Origin: Candidatus Fraserbacteria bacterium | GTDB taxonomy: Bacteria > Bipolaricaulota > Bipolaricaulia > RBG-16-55-9 > DRXL01 | NCBI GenBank assembly: GCA_037440025.1 | Contig: JBBIUX010000002.1 | Location: 82,975-146,974 of the forward strand | DNA length: 64,000 nt | Reading direction: 5' to 3' | The notes under the pieces: model-generated | Seen by the model: the letters and a program-made list of their open reading frames with translations, nothing else | What the model was told of the DNA's origin: nothing | Databases searched by the model: none | Shown here: piece after piece, positions 38,745 to 47,880 of the stretch | How positions within the stretch are numbered: position 1 is the first letter of the stretch | How the letters are laid out: every line of letters begins with the position of its first letter | Made by a program: the position numbers and the translations under genes

Positions 38745-39469
38745 GAAAGAGCGTCCTCTTTGCGCTCGGCGGGGCCCTGATTTTCGTCGTCGTCGCTCTG
38801 TGGGCCTGGCAGAGATTTTCCGTGCAATACGAAGAGAGCGCCGGCCCGATCAGGGTCTCACCAGTGAAGACAACCGTACAGGGCGACCCCGACGACTTTG
38901 TGACCGTCGTCTTCACGCTGCGCAATCTCAGCGACCAAGAACGCTCTTACGAACTCTCCGTCGAAGCTCCGGAGGGCTGGACGCTGCTCGACGGGCTCTC
39001 GAGCATCGCTGTTGGCTCTCACGCTCAGCAAGAGATCTTTCTCACCATGCAGATCCCGCCGGGGACGCCGCCGGGACGCTATTGGCTCACGCTTCGTGCT
39101 CATAGCGATTCCGATTCCGCTGTCGGGAAAACTCAGATTGTCGTACGGGCTCGCGAGCGCCTCAAGCTTGCGCTCACTTCGTCTGATCTGATTGCCCGCC
39201 CTAATGAAGAGACGACTCTTGCATTGACAGTGACCAATCGTGGGAACGTCTCGGCTCGCGTCACGCTTGCAGTCACAGCGGCGCCGGTGGGGTGGCAGTT
39301 TCGGCTGCGCGAGGACTCTTTCGCGCTCGTGCCGGGCGAGAGTAAAGCTGTCGAACTGACTGTCAAGCCCTTGGCTGAGGCAGAGCTTGCGCCGGGGCGG
39401 TTCACGGTGCAGGCGACGTCCCCCTCCGCTCGCGACGAGCTCTCTCTTACGGTTGTGCTCTCGCCCTAG
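38741..39469 (+). CDS. N-terminally membrane-anchored protein with two CARDB/DUF11-like domains
   Basis: Start MRKSVLFALGGALIFVVVALWAW (TM anchor), ATGA overlap with the previous gene. Two repeats of ...PG.Y.L.L.A.S.... Confidence 0.55.
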   Translation: MRKSVLFALGGALIFVVVALWAWQRFSVQYEESAGPIRVSPVKTTVQGDPDDFVTVVFTLRNLSDQERSYELSVEAPEGWTLLDGLSSIAVGSHAQQEIFLTMQIPPGTPPGRYWLTLRAHSDSDSAVGKTQIVVRARERLKLALTSSDLIARPNEETTLALTVTNRGNVSARVTLAVTAAPVGWQFRLREDSFALVPGESKAVELTVKPLAEAELAPGRFTVQATSPSARDELSLTVVLSP

Positions 39470-39488
39470 CATGTGGTACACTACAGCT

Positions 39489-40382
39489 ATGTTCAAGGTC
39501 TTGATCAGTGACCCGTTACATCCCGAAGCTATCGCATGGCTGCAGCAGCAGCCCGGCGCGCACGTCGCCGTCCAGCCAGATATCTCCCCCGACGAATTGC
39601 TGGAAGCGATCTCAGAGTATGACGCGCTCATCGTGCGCAGCCGCACCAAAGTCACGAAAGAAGTCATTATCGCGGGCAAGAAGCTCAAAGTGATCGGGCG
39701 CGCCGGAACTGGCTTGGATAATATTGACGTCGAAGCGGCTCAAAAAGCGAATATTCTCGTGCTCAACGCACCGGGGGCCAATGCCAACGCCGTCGCTGAA
39801 CTCACTGTAGGGTTTATGATCGCGCTCGCACGCGATCTGCCCCAAGCCATACGCGCTGTCTCTGCCGGGGAGAGAGTGAAGGGCTATGGGATCGAGCTTG
39901 CCGGGAAAACTTTGGGACTGATCGGCTACGGCCGCATCGGGCGATTGGTGGCTCACTTGGCGTTAGCCTTCGGCATGAAGGTGCTGGCTTATGACATTAT
40001 CACGCCGGAGCACATTGAGCCGGGAGTGCGCTTGGTCCCGTTAGCAGGGCTATTGCACAGTTCGGACTTTGTCAGCCTGCATATCCCGCTGACGCCAGAG
40101 ACGCGCGGGCTGGTTGACGCCAAGCTCTTGGAGCAATGCAAACCGGGAAGCTTTCTCATCAATACGGCGCGCGCCGAGCTCGTGGACGAAGCAGCAGTGC
40201 TTGAGGCGTTGCAATCGGGAAGACTCAAACGATACGCCGCCGATCTCTTTGTTGCAAAGTCTCCTTTGATGGGACATTCCCAGGTGCTCTTGACGCCCCA
40301 TATCGGTGCGTCAACGCAAGAGGCCCAGCGGCGGGCGGGGCTGGAGATCGTCGAAAAAGTCTGGCAGGCCATCAAAAGCTAA
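39489..40382 (+). CDS. D-isomer-specific 2-hydroxyacid dehydrogenase (D-3-phosphoglycerate dehydrogenase-like)
   Basis: Start at MFKVLISDPLHPEAIAWL.... NAD-binding GxIGxGxIG (GLIGYGRIGRLVA) and catalytic ...LLTPHIGAST.... The track N-extension is rejected. Confidence 0.8.
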   Translation: MFKVLISDPLHPEAIAWLQQQPGAHVAVQPDISPDELLEAISEYDALIVRSRTKVTKEVIIAGKKLKVIGRAGTGLDNIDVEAAQKANILVLNAPGANANAVAELTVGFMIALARDLPQAIRAVSAGERVKGYGIELAGKTLGLIGYGRIGRLVAHLALAFGMKVLAYDIITPEHIEPGVRLVPLAGLLHSSDFVSLHIPLTPETRGLVDAKLLEQCKPGSFLINTARAELVDEAAVLEALQSGRLKRYAADLFVAKSPLMGHSQVLLTPHIGASTQEAQRRAGLEIVEKVWQAIKS

Positions 40383-40500
40383 CAACTCTACCCTCTTCCT
40401 GGAAGGGAGGGGGACGGACGGGTTGGGGGGCTGTTGAAGGACGCCATCCGAAGTGCTAGAATGAAACCGTGCAGGAGTTATTCGATGAGGAGGATGTAGG

Positions 40501-42657
40501 TTGAACTTTCCCAATGATGACGAACAACAGAGGCGGAACCGCAATTTTCGCAATATCGCGTTGGTGATCGTTGTGGTGATCTTCTCTGTCATTCTGCTGC
40601 AATCTTTTCTAGGGAGCTCAGACTCTGCTGAGAAGCAGATTCGGTACACGGAATTTCTCGCGCTGGTCCAGGCCGGCCAAGTGACGACCGTCACGATCAA
40701 GGGATCGGGGTTGGCCACGGCGACAGGGCGCGTGCGCCCCCTCAGCGAGAACAACCAGCTCCGTGCGCTCGATGCCCAGATTGAGCGCGAGCAACAGCGC
40801 AGGAACAGCGTGCAAAAGCTCCTCGAGCTGCAGGGGCGCCGGCTCGCCTGGATACAGGCGTTCCGCCAAGAATTCCCCGCGCCTGAACGCTCTATCCAAC
40901 GCCAGGTGGTCGGCTTGACCGTGCGGGCCGAAAGCTTAGATCGTTCGGTGGAGGCACTCCTGCGCGCTCGCAAAGAGAAGGCCGACGAGATCAGCGCTCT
41001 GATGCAAAAGATCTTAGGTACGGCAGAACGCTTTCGCACGGAAGCCGTTATAAGCGATTCGCTCTTAGAAGAACTGACAAAGAGCAACGTCATGGTGAGC
41101 TTTGAAGGTTCCAGCGATTCTTCGTGGATCTTTTCAGTTTTGCTCTCGCTCTTGCCGTTCTTTATTATCTTATTGCTTTGGTACGCGATGATGCGACGGA
41201 TGCAGGGCGAGAGTTCTGGGGCACTGAACTTTGGTCGAAGTCAAGCCAAATTAGTCAACAAAGAATATTCGCGCGTTACCTTTGCTGATGTTGCTGGCAT
41301 TGACGAAGTAAAAGAAGAAGTTCAAGAGATCGTGGACTATCTGCGGGACCCGCAGAAATTCACCCGGATCGGGGCCCAGATTCCCAAAGGCGTTCTCTTG
41401 GTGGGCCCGCCCGGGACGGGCAAGACGCTGTTGGCACGAGCCATTGCCGGTGAGGCCGATGTGCCCTTTTTCTCCATATCGGGCTCGGACTTTGTCGAGA
41501 TGTTCGTGGGCGTCGGCGCAGCTCGCGTGCGCGATCTGTTCAGAAGAGCGAAAGAAGAGGGCAAGGGCAAGCGCGGCGTGATTATCTTCATAGATGAGAT
41601 AGACGCCGTGGGACGGAAGCGCGGCGCGGGGATCGGTGGCGGCCATGACGAAAGAGAACAGACGCTCAACCAATTGCTCTCGGAGATGGACGGCTTTGAC
41701 AAGAACGAGCACGTCATTATTTTAGCAGCTACGAATCGTCCAGATATTTTGGACATGGCGCTGTTGCGGCCGGGGCGCTTTGACCGAAAGATCTCCGTTC
41801 CGGCGCCCGATTCCAAAGGACGGGAAGAGATTCTCAGGGTGCATGTCAAGAACAAAAAACTCGCGCCTGATGTTGAGCTGAACGTGCTCGCGCGGCGCAC
41901 GCCGGGTTTTGTCGGAGCCGATCTGGAGAATCTGTGCAATGAAGCCGCGCTTTTGGCCGCGCGCCGCAACAAAGAATCGATAGGCATGAAAGACTTCGAA
42001 GACGCGATTGACCGAGTGATCGCCGGGATTGAACGGAAAGGGCGGTTACTCAGCGAAGAAGAAAAAGTGAAAATTGCGTATCACGAAGCGGGCCACGCGC
42101 TGCTGGGAAAGCTCTTGCCCAAAGCCGATCCCGTCCATAGAATTTCGATTGTCCCCCGCGGCGAAGCACTGGGCTATACTTTACAGTTGCCCTTAAACGA
42201 TAAATATCTCTTCACCAAAGAAGAGCTGCTGGATCGCATGACCGGAATTTTAGGGGGCCGCGCTGCCGAGGAGATCATCTTCGGTGAGATCTCGACCGGT
42301 GCGTATGATGACCTCAAAAAAACGACCGAGATCGCCAAGCGCATGGTGGTCAGCTACGGTATGAGCGAGCGGGTTGGTCCGATCAATTTGGGCCAAGAGA
42401 ACGGAAATGTCTTTTTGGGAGTGGACCTGGTGCTCAACCGCGAGCACAGCGAGAAGATATCGTCGTTGGTGGACGAAGAGATTAAGAACATTATCGAGTC
42501 GTGCTATCGGCGGGCGCGGGAGTCGCTCCAGCGCAACGTCGAAGCCCTGCACAAGCTGGCCAAGAGACTGCTCGAGGTCGAAGTGCTGGAGGGCGAGCAA
42601 CTCGACGCGTTGCTGAAGGACTCGCTGGTGCTCCCGCGCACCCCGCAAGTGGCTTAA
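40501..42657 (+). CDS. ftsH: ATP-dependent zinc metalloprotease FtsH (with extended periplasmic coiled-coil region)
   Basis: 718 aa, TTG start after GGAGGA. AAA+ Walker [17 protein letters not shown] zinc site. A periplasmic insert of about 100 aa relative to typical FtsH proteins (about 610-650 aa). Confidence 0.88.
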   Translation: MNFPNDDEQQRRNRNFRNIALVIVVVIFSVILLQSFLGSSDSAEKQIRYTEFLALVQAGQVTTVTIKGSGLATATGRVRPLSENNQLRALDAQIEREQQRRNSVQKLLELQGRRLAWIQAFRQEFPAPERSIQRQVVGLTVRAESLDRSVEALLRARKEKADEISALMQKILGTAERFRTEAVISDSLLEELTKSNVMVSFEGSSDSSWIFSVLLSLLPFFIILLLWYAMMRRMQGESSGALNFGRSQAKLVNKEYSRVTFADVAGIDEVKEEVQEIVDYLRDPQKFTRIGAQIPKGVLLVGPPGTGKTLLARAIAGEADVPFFSISGSDFVEMFVGVGAARVRDLFRRAKEEGKGKRGVIIFIDEIDAVGRKRGAGIGGGHDEREQTLNQLLSEMDGFDKNEHVIILAATNRPDILDMALLRPGRFDRKISVPAPDSKGREEILRVHVKNKKLAPDVELNVLARRTPGFVGADLENLCNEAALLAARRNKESIGMKDFEDAIDRVIAGIERKGRLLSEEEKVKIAYHEAGHALLGKLLPKADPVHRISIVPRGEALGYTLQLPLNDKYLFTKEELLDRMTGILGGRAAEEIIFGEISTGAYDDLKKTTEIAKRMVVSYGMSERVGPINLGQENGNVFLGVDLVLNREHSEKISSLVDEEIKNIIESCYRRARESLQRNVEALHKLAKRLLEVEVLEGEQLDALLKDSLVLPRTPQVA

Positions 42658-42721
42658 CCCCTGCGGTACTTGACTGACAGCCTGCAACACCCTATACTCA
42701 TTGGTGTGAGGTGATTTCTCT

Positions 42722-43897
42722 ATGAAGCCCTCTCGGATCGCCTTAACTCTCTTCATCATCGTCGTCCTCCTCCTCCTCCCTTATGGGGCCCACGCTCAAG
42801 TGACCGGAACGCTCGGCATCTCCGCCGGTTGGCTCTCTCTGCCTCTATCGGAGTTAAATTCCCTGCTCCATGTGTATAACTATCCCGGCGTCAGTGAGCA
42901 CTTTTTCTCATTTGGGCTGCACACGATCTTGGGGGTGCATGACTTTCCTCTGCGGCTGGGGATTGGGGGGCAATTAGCCCTGGCCTTGCCAGAGCTAAGC
43001 AGCTCTCAAGAGCAAGGGGAGACAGCGTTCATCTTCCTCTATGGCGGGCTGGTCACCGAGCTCACACAGAGCATCGTTGGGCTGGGACAAGTCTCCGTCG
43101 GTTCCCTCGTGGGCATTGGCGGCGCGTTTCTCGAGCTCTCGCGATCTCGTCGTGACCTCACCACGTTTGATCATGCCCTCACTGAGCTCGTTCACGCCAC
43201 AGGGGAGCTCGCCCGTGGCTACTGGGTGGTGCAACCCTATCTGAGTGTCTCTGTGCCTGTCCCCATAGAGAAGGTAGACATCCAAGTGCCCAAAGGCAGA
43301 AGACTGCAAGGCAAGCCCGTCAATCCCGCACTGAGCCTGACCGTCGGGTATGTGTATGCCTTCCCGTGGAGCGGCTGGGGGATCAATAGTGAAGAGGGGG
43401 GCAATCTCAGCTGGCCCGGCCCACTCGATCGGCTCAGCGGCCCCACCGTGACCGTTGCTTTCACCATGGGCATCGAGAGCTTAATCCCCCCTCGCATCGT
43501 CATTGACTCTCTTCGTTATCGTGGTGACGATGAGGTCGTCACCTTGGGCAACGCGGGGCAGGGGGAGGTAGATCTCTCCGGGTGGCAGCTGTTTAGTAGC
43601 ACCTCGGAGCGCGAGCGGATCGCTCAGGCCTTTGTCTTTCCCCCAGGGTGCGTGGTGCCAGCAGGCGGGAGGGTGCGGGTGCACTCTGGACCTGCAGTCA
43701 CTGGGAAGACCAATGCCCCCTGTGGCCAAGCAGAGATCGATCTGTACGGGCCTTGGACTGGCGTGGACTCCCCAAGCGCTGAGGTCTGGGATGACCGCGC
43801 CGATCTTGCGTGGCTCCGCGATGCCTATGGCGAGGAAGTAGCCAGGTGTTCTTACAAAGCCAAACCGGAGCTGGATGCCACCGAGTGCCATAAGTAA
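42722..43897 (+). CDS. Secreted protein with C-terminal lamin-tail (LTD) domain
   Basis: Signal peptide MKPSRIALTLFIIVVLLLLPYGAHA. C-terminal ...VIDSLRYRGDDEVVTLGNAGQGEVDLSGWQLFSS...VFPPGCVVPAGGRVRVHSG... is LTD-like. Confidence 0.55.
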   Translation: MKPSRIALTLFIIVVLLLLPYGAHAQVTGTLGISAGWLSLPLSELNSLLHVYNYPGVSEHFFSFGLHTILGVHDFPLRLGIGGQLALALPELSSSQEQGETAFIFLYGGLVTELTQSIVGLGQVSVGSLVGIGGAFLELSRSRRDLTTFDHALTELVHATGELARGYWVVQPYLSVSVPVPIEKVDIQVPKGRRLQGKPVNPALSLTVGYVYAFPWSGWGINSEEGGNLSWPGPLDRLSGPTVTVAFTMGIESLIPPRIVIDSLRYRGDDEVVTLGNAGQGEVDLSGWQLFSSTSERERIAQAFVFPPGCVVPAGGRVRVHSGPAVTGKTNAPCGQAEIDLYGPWTGVDSPSAEVWDDRADLAWLRDAYGEEVARCSYKAKPELDATECHK

Positions 43898-45104
43898 GCG
43901 CATAGCGATCTTAGGTTCGACCGGCTCGATTGGCACGCAAACGCTTGCAGTCATTGAAGCCCTCAATCGGGCCGGTCATAGCTTCTCCGTCGTGGCTCTT
44001 GCCGCGGGGAAGAATTTAGAGCTTTTGGCCGCGCAAGCCCAGCGCTTCCAGCCAGAGCTGATCGCCATCGAACGCGCCAAAGACCTCGGTCGGTTCAGAC
44101 AGCTCGTGAAGGCTTTTTGGAGCGGCGAGATCGTCGTCGGCGGAGAGGGGCTGCACGCTGCAGCGACGTTACCCCAGGCCGATCTCGTCGTCAACGCCCT
44201 CGTCGGCGCAGCAGGTCTGCTTCCCACTCTCGAAGCATTGAAGGCGAACAAAACGCTTGCTTTAGCGAACAAAGAGTCGCTGGTCATCGGTGGACATCTG
44301 GTGAAAAAAAGTCTAGAGTCTGGGGGTCTAGAGTCTCTCGACTCTTCGACTCTCGACTCTCGACTCTCGACTCCTCGCTTGATCCCCATAGACAGCGAGC
44401 ACAGTGCGCTCTTGCAGCTTCTGCAACACCGCCGGTCCGCCGAGATCGCACGGATCATCTTGACGGCCTCCGGTGGACCGTTTCGTACGAGGCCGTTAGA
44501 TTCGTTTGACGCGATCACAGCCGCCGAAGCTCTCCAACACCCCACGTGGCAGATGGGCAAGCGCATTACTATAGACTCGGCAACGCTTGTCAACAAAGCG
44601 TTTGAAGTCATCGAGGCCCATTGGCTCTTTAATATGCCTTACGAAAAGATCTCCGTGCTCATTCACCCCCAGAGTGTCGTGCACGGGTTGGTGGAGCTGG
44701 CAGACGGCAATATCATAGCCCATCTGAGCGCGACGGACATGAAGCTGCCCATTCAGTATGCGCTCACCTACCCTGAGCGCGTCCCTTCTTTGGGAGAGAG
44801 ATTGGACTTGGTCAAGCAGAGATTGGAGTTTGCACCAGTAGGACGAGCACGCTATCCGGCGTTCTGGCTTATGTATGAAGCCGGACGTCACGGTGGAACG
44901 CTCCCTGCTGTCGCCAACGCCGCCGACGAGGTGGTAGTACAAAGATTTTTAAATAGCGAAGTGCCGTTCACCGGGATCGCCCGCGTTTTGGAGAGAATTC
45001 TCTCAGAACACAGCGTCGTCTCTGATCCGAGCTTGGAGCAGATCAGCGAGGCCGACCGCTGGGCTCGCCAGCGAGCTAGCGAGATCGGAAAAGATTCGCT
45101 ATGA
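43875..45104 (+). CDS. dxr: 1-deoxy-D-xylulose 5-phosphate reductoisomerase
   Basis: ...IAILGSTGSIGTQTLAVIE..., ...LANKESLV..., ...PIDSEHSA..., ...VLIHPQSVVHGLVE.... Contains a low-complexity loop insertion encoded by short tandem repeats. Confidence 0.88.
   Translation: MPPSAISKRIAILGSTGSIGTQTLAVIEALNRAGHSFSVVALAAGKNLELLAAQAQRFQPELIAIERAKDLGRFRQLVKAFWSGEIVVGGEGLHAAATLPQADLVVNALVGAAGLLPTLEALKANKTLALANKESLVIGGHLVKKSLESGGLESLDSSTLDSRLSTPRLIPIDSEHSALLQLLQHRRSAEIARIILTASGGPFRTRPLDSFDAITAAEALQHPTWQMGKRITIDSATLVNKAFEVIEAHWLFNMPYEKISVLIHPQSVVHGLVELADGNIIAHLSATDMKLPIQYALTYPERVPSLGERLDLVKQRLEFAPVGRARYPAFWLMYEAGRHGGTLPAVANAADEVVVQRFLNSEVPFTGIARVLERILSEHSVVSDPSLEQISEADRWARQRASEIGKDSL
44304..44372 (+). 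repeat. Simple-sequence repeats inside dxr: A7 tract, (GTCTAGAGTCT)x2, (CGACTCT)x3-5
   Basis: aaaaaaaGTCTAGAGTCTgggGGTCTAGAGTCTctCGACTCTtCGACTCTCGACTCTCGACTCTCGACTCc. Encodes KKSLESGGLESLDSSTLDSRLST. Confidence 0.7.
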
Positions 45105-45131
45105 TAGGGCACCAAAGGAGAAAAATAGATT

Positions 45132-46319
45132 ATGCTGAACGCTCGCAAATGGTTCGCTGTGTCAGCTGTTTTATTATTGTTATTGGTCTTCATCGTCGCC
45201 CTGGACAATTACAACCAAGAATGGAAACAGTATCAACGAGCGTATCTGACGAAAATCTTCACGGACAAAGCTAGAACAGAGAAGGGGTCGCTTTCGTTGC
45301 TCGATCAGCTCATGATCGCTGTCAATGCCGAAACGAACCTTCAGATCAAAAAAGTCGTCACCGAAGTGGGCCGTAGCGCCGACTTGTGTATGAGCTGCCA
45401 TGCCAATATTGGCGTTTCGGGTTTCGAGCGAGAGCCTCTCCGGGACTTACGAGAGACCCACAAAGATGTGGCAGTTGTTCAAGAGCTTCCGTTCGATCAG
45501 ATTGGCTGTACGGCGTGTCATGGGGGCAATGCTCTGGCGCTGCGCGCCGAGCCGGCCCACCACGAGATGCGCACACGGTTTGCTCAGATTTTTGAAGAGA
45601 GCATCGAAAAGCTGCACTCAGGGAGTTGGGTTGAGCGCCAGCGGGGGATCGAGCGCATCCGCTGGATGACCGCCAACGATTTCGGTTTTCTCTTCAATGA
45701 CCCTCAAGAGAAGCGCGACGAAGTCATTCAGAAGATCGTCGCCTGGTGGCAACTGCACAAAGACACTTTCTTGGTCGAAGGTTTTGGGGAGCGCAGTTCA
45801 CCCTTCCGTACTGAAAACCCTCAAGCAAACGTGATCGAGCAGCGCACCGACGTCGCGGTCACCGGCGAGCCGTTGCAGTTTGTCGGATCGGCGACCTGTG
45901 TCGCGTGCCATGGCTACCCAGAGATCAGCGATGTCTACATCCCTGAGTCGAGCAAGCAACATGTCGAGCGCTGGTTCCGAGAAGAGTTTATGACGAGTAC
46001 AAACCCCGAAGAGTACCAAGATCATCCGTTCATAGACCAAGAGACGCTCAAGACGATGGACGTGACTTGTGAGGCCTGTCACGGTCCGGGGAGCGAGTAT
46101 ACGAAACTGATGCAAAAGGGCATGGCTCTGGAAGCAGCAGGCCAGAGCGTGGATGCGGCAGCGCTGATCGTAAAGGCGAAAGAAATCGCGCGGGTCAATG
46201 CTCGCCAGAACATCAGCGAGCATGACCCTGCGACAGGGTATGCTCGCATCTGGGCGATCTTCGAACGCTTGCTTGACAAAGCCCTCGCCAGCAAAGGACA
46301 AGTCCAGCCGACCGAATGA
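45132..46319 (+). CDS. Membrane-anchored tetraheme c-type cytochrome
   Basis: N-terminal TM helix and four CxxCH motifs (CMSCH, CTACH, CVACH, CEACH). Confidence 0.7.
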   Translation: MLNARKWFAVSAVLLLLLVFIVALDNYNQEWKQYQRAYLTKIFTDKARTEKGSLSLLDQLMIAVNAETNLQIKKVVTEVGRSADLCMSCHANIGVSGFEREPLRDLRETHKDVAVVQELPFDQIGCTACHGGNALALRAEPAHHEMRTRFAQIFEESIEKLHSGSWVERQRGIERIRWMTANDFGFLFNDPQEKRDEVIQKIVAWWQLHKDTFLVEGFGERSSPFRTENPQANVIEQRTDVAVTGEPLQFVGSATCVACHGYPEISDVYIPESSKQHVERWFREEFMTSTNPEEYQDHPFIDQETLKTMDVTCEACHGPGSEYTKLMQKGMALEAAGQSVDAAALIVKAKEIARVNARQNISEHDPATGYARIWAIFERLLDKALASKGQVQPTE

Positions 46320-46334
46320 CAGAAATCTTCACGG

Positions 46335-46363
46335 TTGACTTTCGCTCCAGTCTTTTCTAGAAT
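46335..46363 (+). promoter_or_regulatory. Sigma70-like promoter of the Rrf2 regulator operon
   Basis: TTGACT (46335-46340), a 17-nt spacer, then TAGAAT (46358-46363). Confidence 0.5.
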
Positions 46364-46366
46364 GAA

Positions 46367-46387
46367 CTCAGAGTATTTTACTCGGAG
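46367..46387 (+). promoter_or_regulatory. Candidate operator (imperfect inverted repeat) overlapping the transcription start
   Basis: CTCAGAGTA-ttt-TACTCGGAG, immediately downstream of the -10 and upstream of the Rrf2 gene. Consistent with autoregulation. Confidence 0.35.
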
Positions 46388-46402
46388 TTTGGAATTCTCC
46401 CT

Positions 46403-46834
46403 ATGAAAGTGACCCGAAAAAGCGATTACGGGCTGCGGGCGCTCTGCACCCTCGCCCGACAGTACAACCGAGAGCCGGTGTCCATTGGCCAGCTCTCAGC
46501 GGAGCACAAGATCCCGGAGCCCTTTCTGGAGAAGATCATGCAGGAGCTACGCGAGCATGGCTTGGTGGAGGCCACCCACGGGCGCGGCGGTGGGTACTTG
46601 CTCAAAAAACGCCCATCGCACATATCGCTGCGCGAGATCGTCAAGGCCCTGGACGGCCCCATCGCACTGGTGACCTGTCTCGATCCAGCACTGAAGTGTG
46701 CCATCGAAGCCGACTGCCCCACAAGCTCCGTCTGGGAGATCATTAACCAAAAGCTCGACGAGTATCTCGCGTCGTTAACCTTGGGCGACGTTATGACCAT
46801 GCAGCAGACCGAACGGGTGAAGGTCTCATCATGA
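46403..46834 (+). CDS. Rrf2-family transcriptional regulator (IscR/NsrR-like, putative Fe-S cluster ligands)
   Basis: MKVTRKSDYGLRALCTLA... wHTH domain. Cys cluster C92...C98...C104 (LVTCLDPALKCAIEADC). Confidence 0.8.
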   Translation: MKVTRKSDYGLRALCTLARQYNREPVSIGQLSAEHKIPEPFLEKIMQELREHGLVEATHGRGGGYLLKKRPSHISLREIVKALDGPIALVTCLDPALKCAIEADCPTSSVWEIINQKLDEYLASLTLGDVMTMQQTERVKVSS

Positions 46835-47880
46835 CACTCAGCGAGCGTGCCCGCACAGCCTTGCAAACCGTTGAGATTCCCACCGTACACCGACCACTGA
46901 ACGATTTAGTCGAGCATCTCTCGGTTGACGAGAAGCGATGTGCCCATGTGCGGATGCGCCTCATGCCAGCGTATGCCTCCAAATCCCAACTAAAAACGTG
47001 GACCGAGCAAGCGCTGAAAACAATCCCGGAAATCGAGAGCGTTCAGATAGAATTCGCTCAATCCCCCCGGCCCCACCCCCAAACAATGCATCCAACGCAT
47101 AAGCTGCACTTTCCCCAGATCGCTCATATGCTTGCAGTCTTCAGCGGCAAGGGCGGGGTGGGCAAGAGCACAGTGAGCGTCAATTTGGCTGTAGCACTGG
47201 CGCAGCAGGGCGCGCGAGTCGGGCTCTTTGACGCCGACGTGCATGGGCCCAATATTCCCACTTTACTCGGACTGCAAGGACAGCCCGAAGTGCAGGAGTC
47301 AAAGCTTATTCCCGTTTTCAAATACGGCATTCACGCCATGTCTATCGGGCTGCTCGTAGCCGGGAGCGATCCGCTCATCTGGCGCGGCCCGATGATCTCT
47401 AAAGCGATTAACGAACTCTTAGAGAGCACAGCCTGGCCGGAGCTGGACTATCTGATTTTGGATCTGCCACCGGGAACTGGGGATGCCCAGCTAGGCTTAG
47501 CCCAAGACGTGACGCTCGCCGGGGCTGTCGCTGTCACGACACCCCAAGAAGTAGCACTCTCAGATGTGCGTCGCGGCATCGGGGCGTTTCAGAAGCTCAA
47601 TGTGCCTATTGTGGGATTGATCGAGAATATGGCTTACTATGTTTGTCCCAAGTGTGGTCATCGGGAGTATATCTTTGGGCAGGGGGGCGGCGAAGCTGAA
47701 GCACGACGCCAGAATATCCCTTTGCTGGGACAAATTCCGCTTGACCCAAAGCTGCGCGAGGGCGGCGACTCCGGTATGCCCATCGTCATCGCTGAGCCAT
47801 CATCGCCGGCAGCACAAGGGTTCAAAGAGATCGCTGATTTTTTGATCGAGCGATTTGGCAAACAGCAAACAAAGGGGTGA
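46831..47880 (+). CDS. Fe-S cluster carrier ATPase Mrp/ApbC
   Basis: N-terminal DUF59-like domain, then deviant Walker A SGKGGVGKST and the CPKCGH motif. Confidence 0.85.
   Translation: MTLSERARTALQTVEIPTVHRPLNDLVEHLSVDEKRCAHVRMRLMPAYASKSQLKTWTEQALKTIPEIESVQIEFAQSPRPHPQTMHPTHKLHFPQIAHMLAVFSGKGGVGKSTVSVNLAVALAQQGARVGLFDADVHGPNIPTLLGLQGQPEVQESKLIPVFKYGIHAMSIGLLVAGSDPLIWRGPMISKAINELLESTAWPELDYLILDLPPGTGDAQLGLAQDVTLAGAVAVTTPQEVALSDVRRGIGAFQKLNVPIVGLIENMAYYVCPKCGHREYIFGQGGGEAEARRQNIPLLGQIPLDPKLREGGDSGMPIVIAEPSSPAAQGFKEIADFLIERFGKQQTKG

Noticed and set aside
38479-39688. 208-aa (+), 292-aa N-extended (+) and 276-aa (-) ORFs overlapping the end of the 976-aa gene and the CARDB membrane-protein gene
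   Set aside because: These are alternative-frame or antisense ORFs. The in-frame call starting at ATG 38741, with a TM anchor and an ATGA overlap, is preferred.
40311-41987. 260-aa and 216-aa minus-strand ORFs
   Set aside because: Antisense to ftsH. Low-complexity products.
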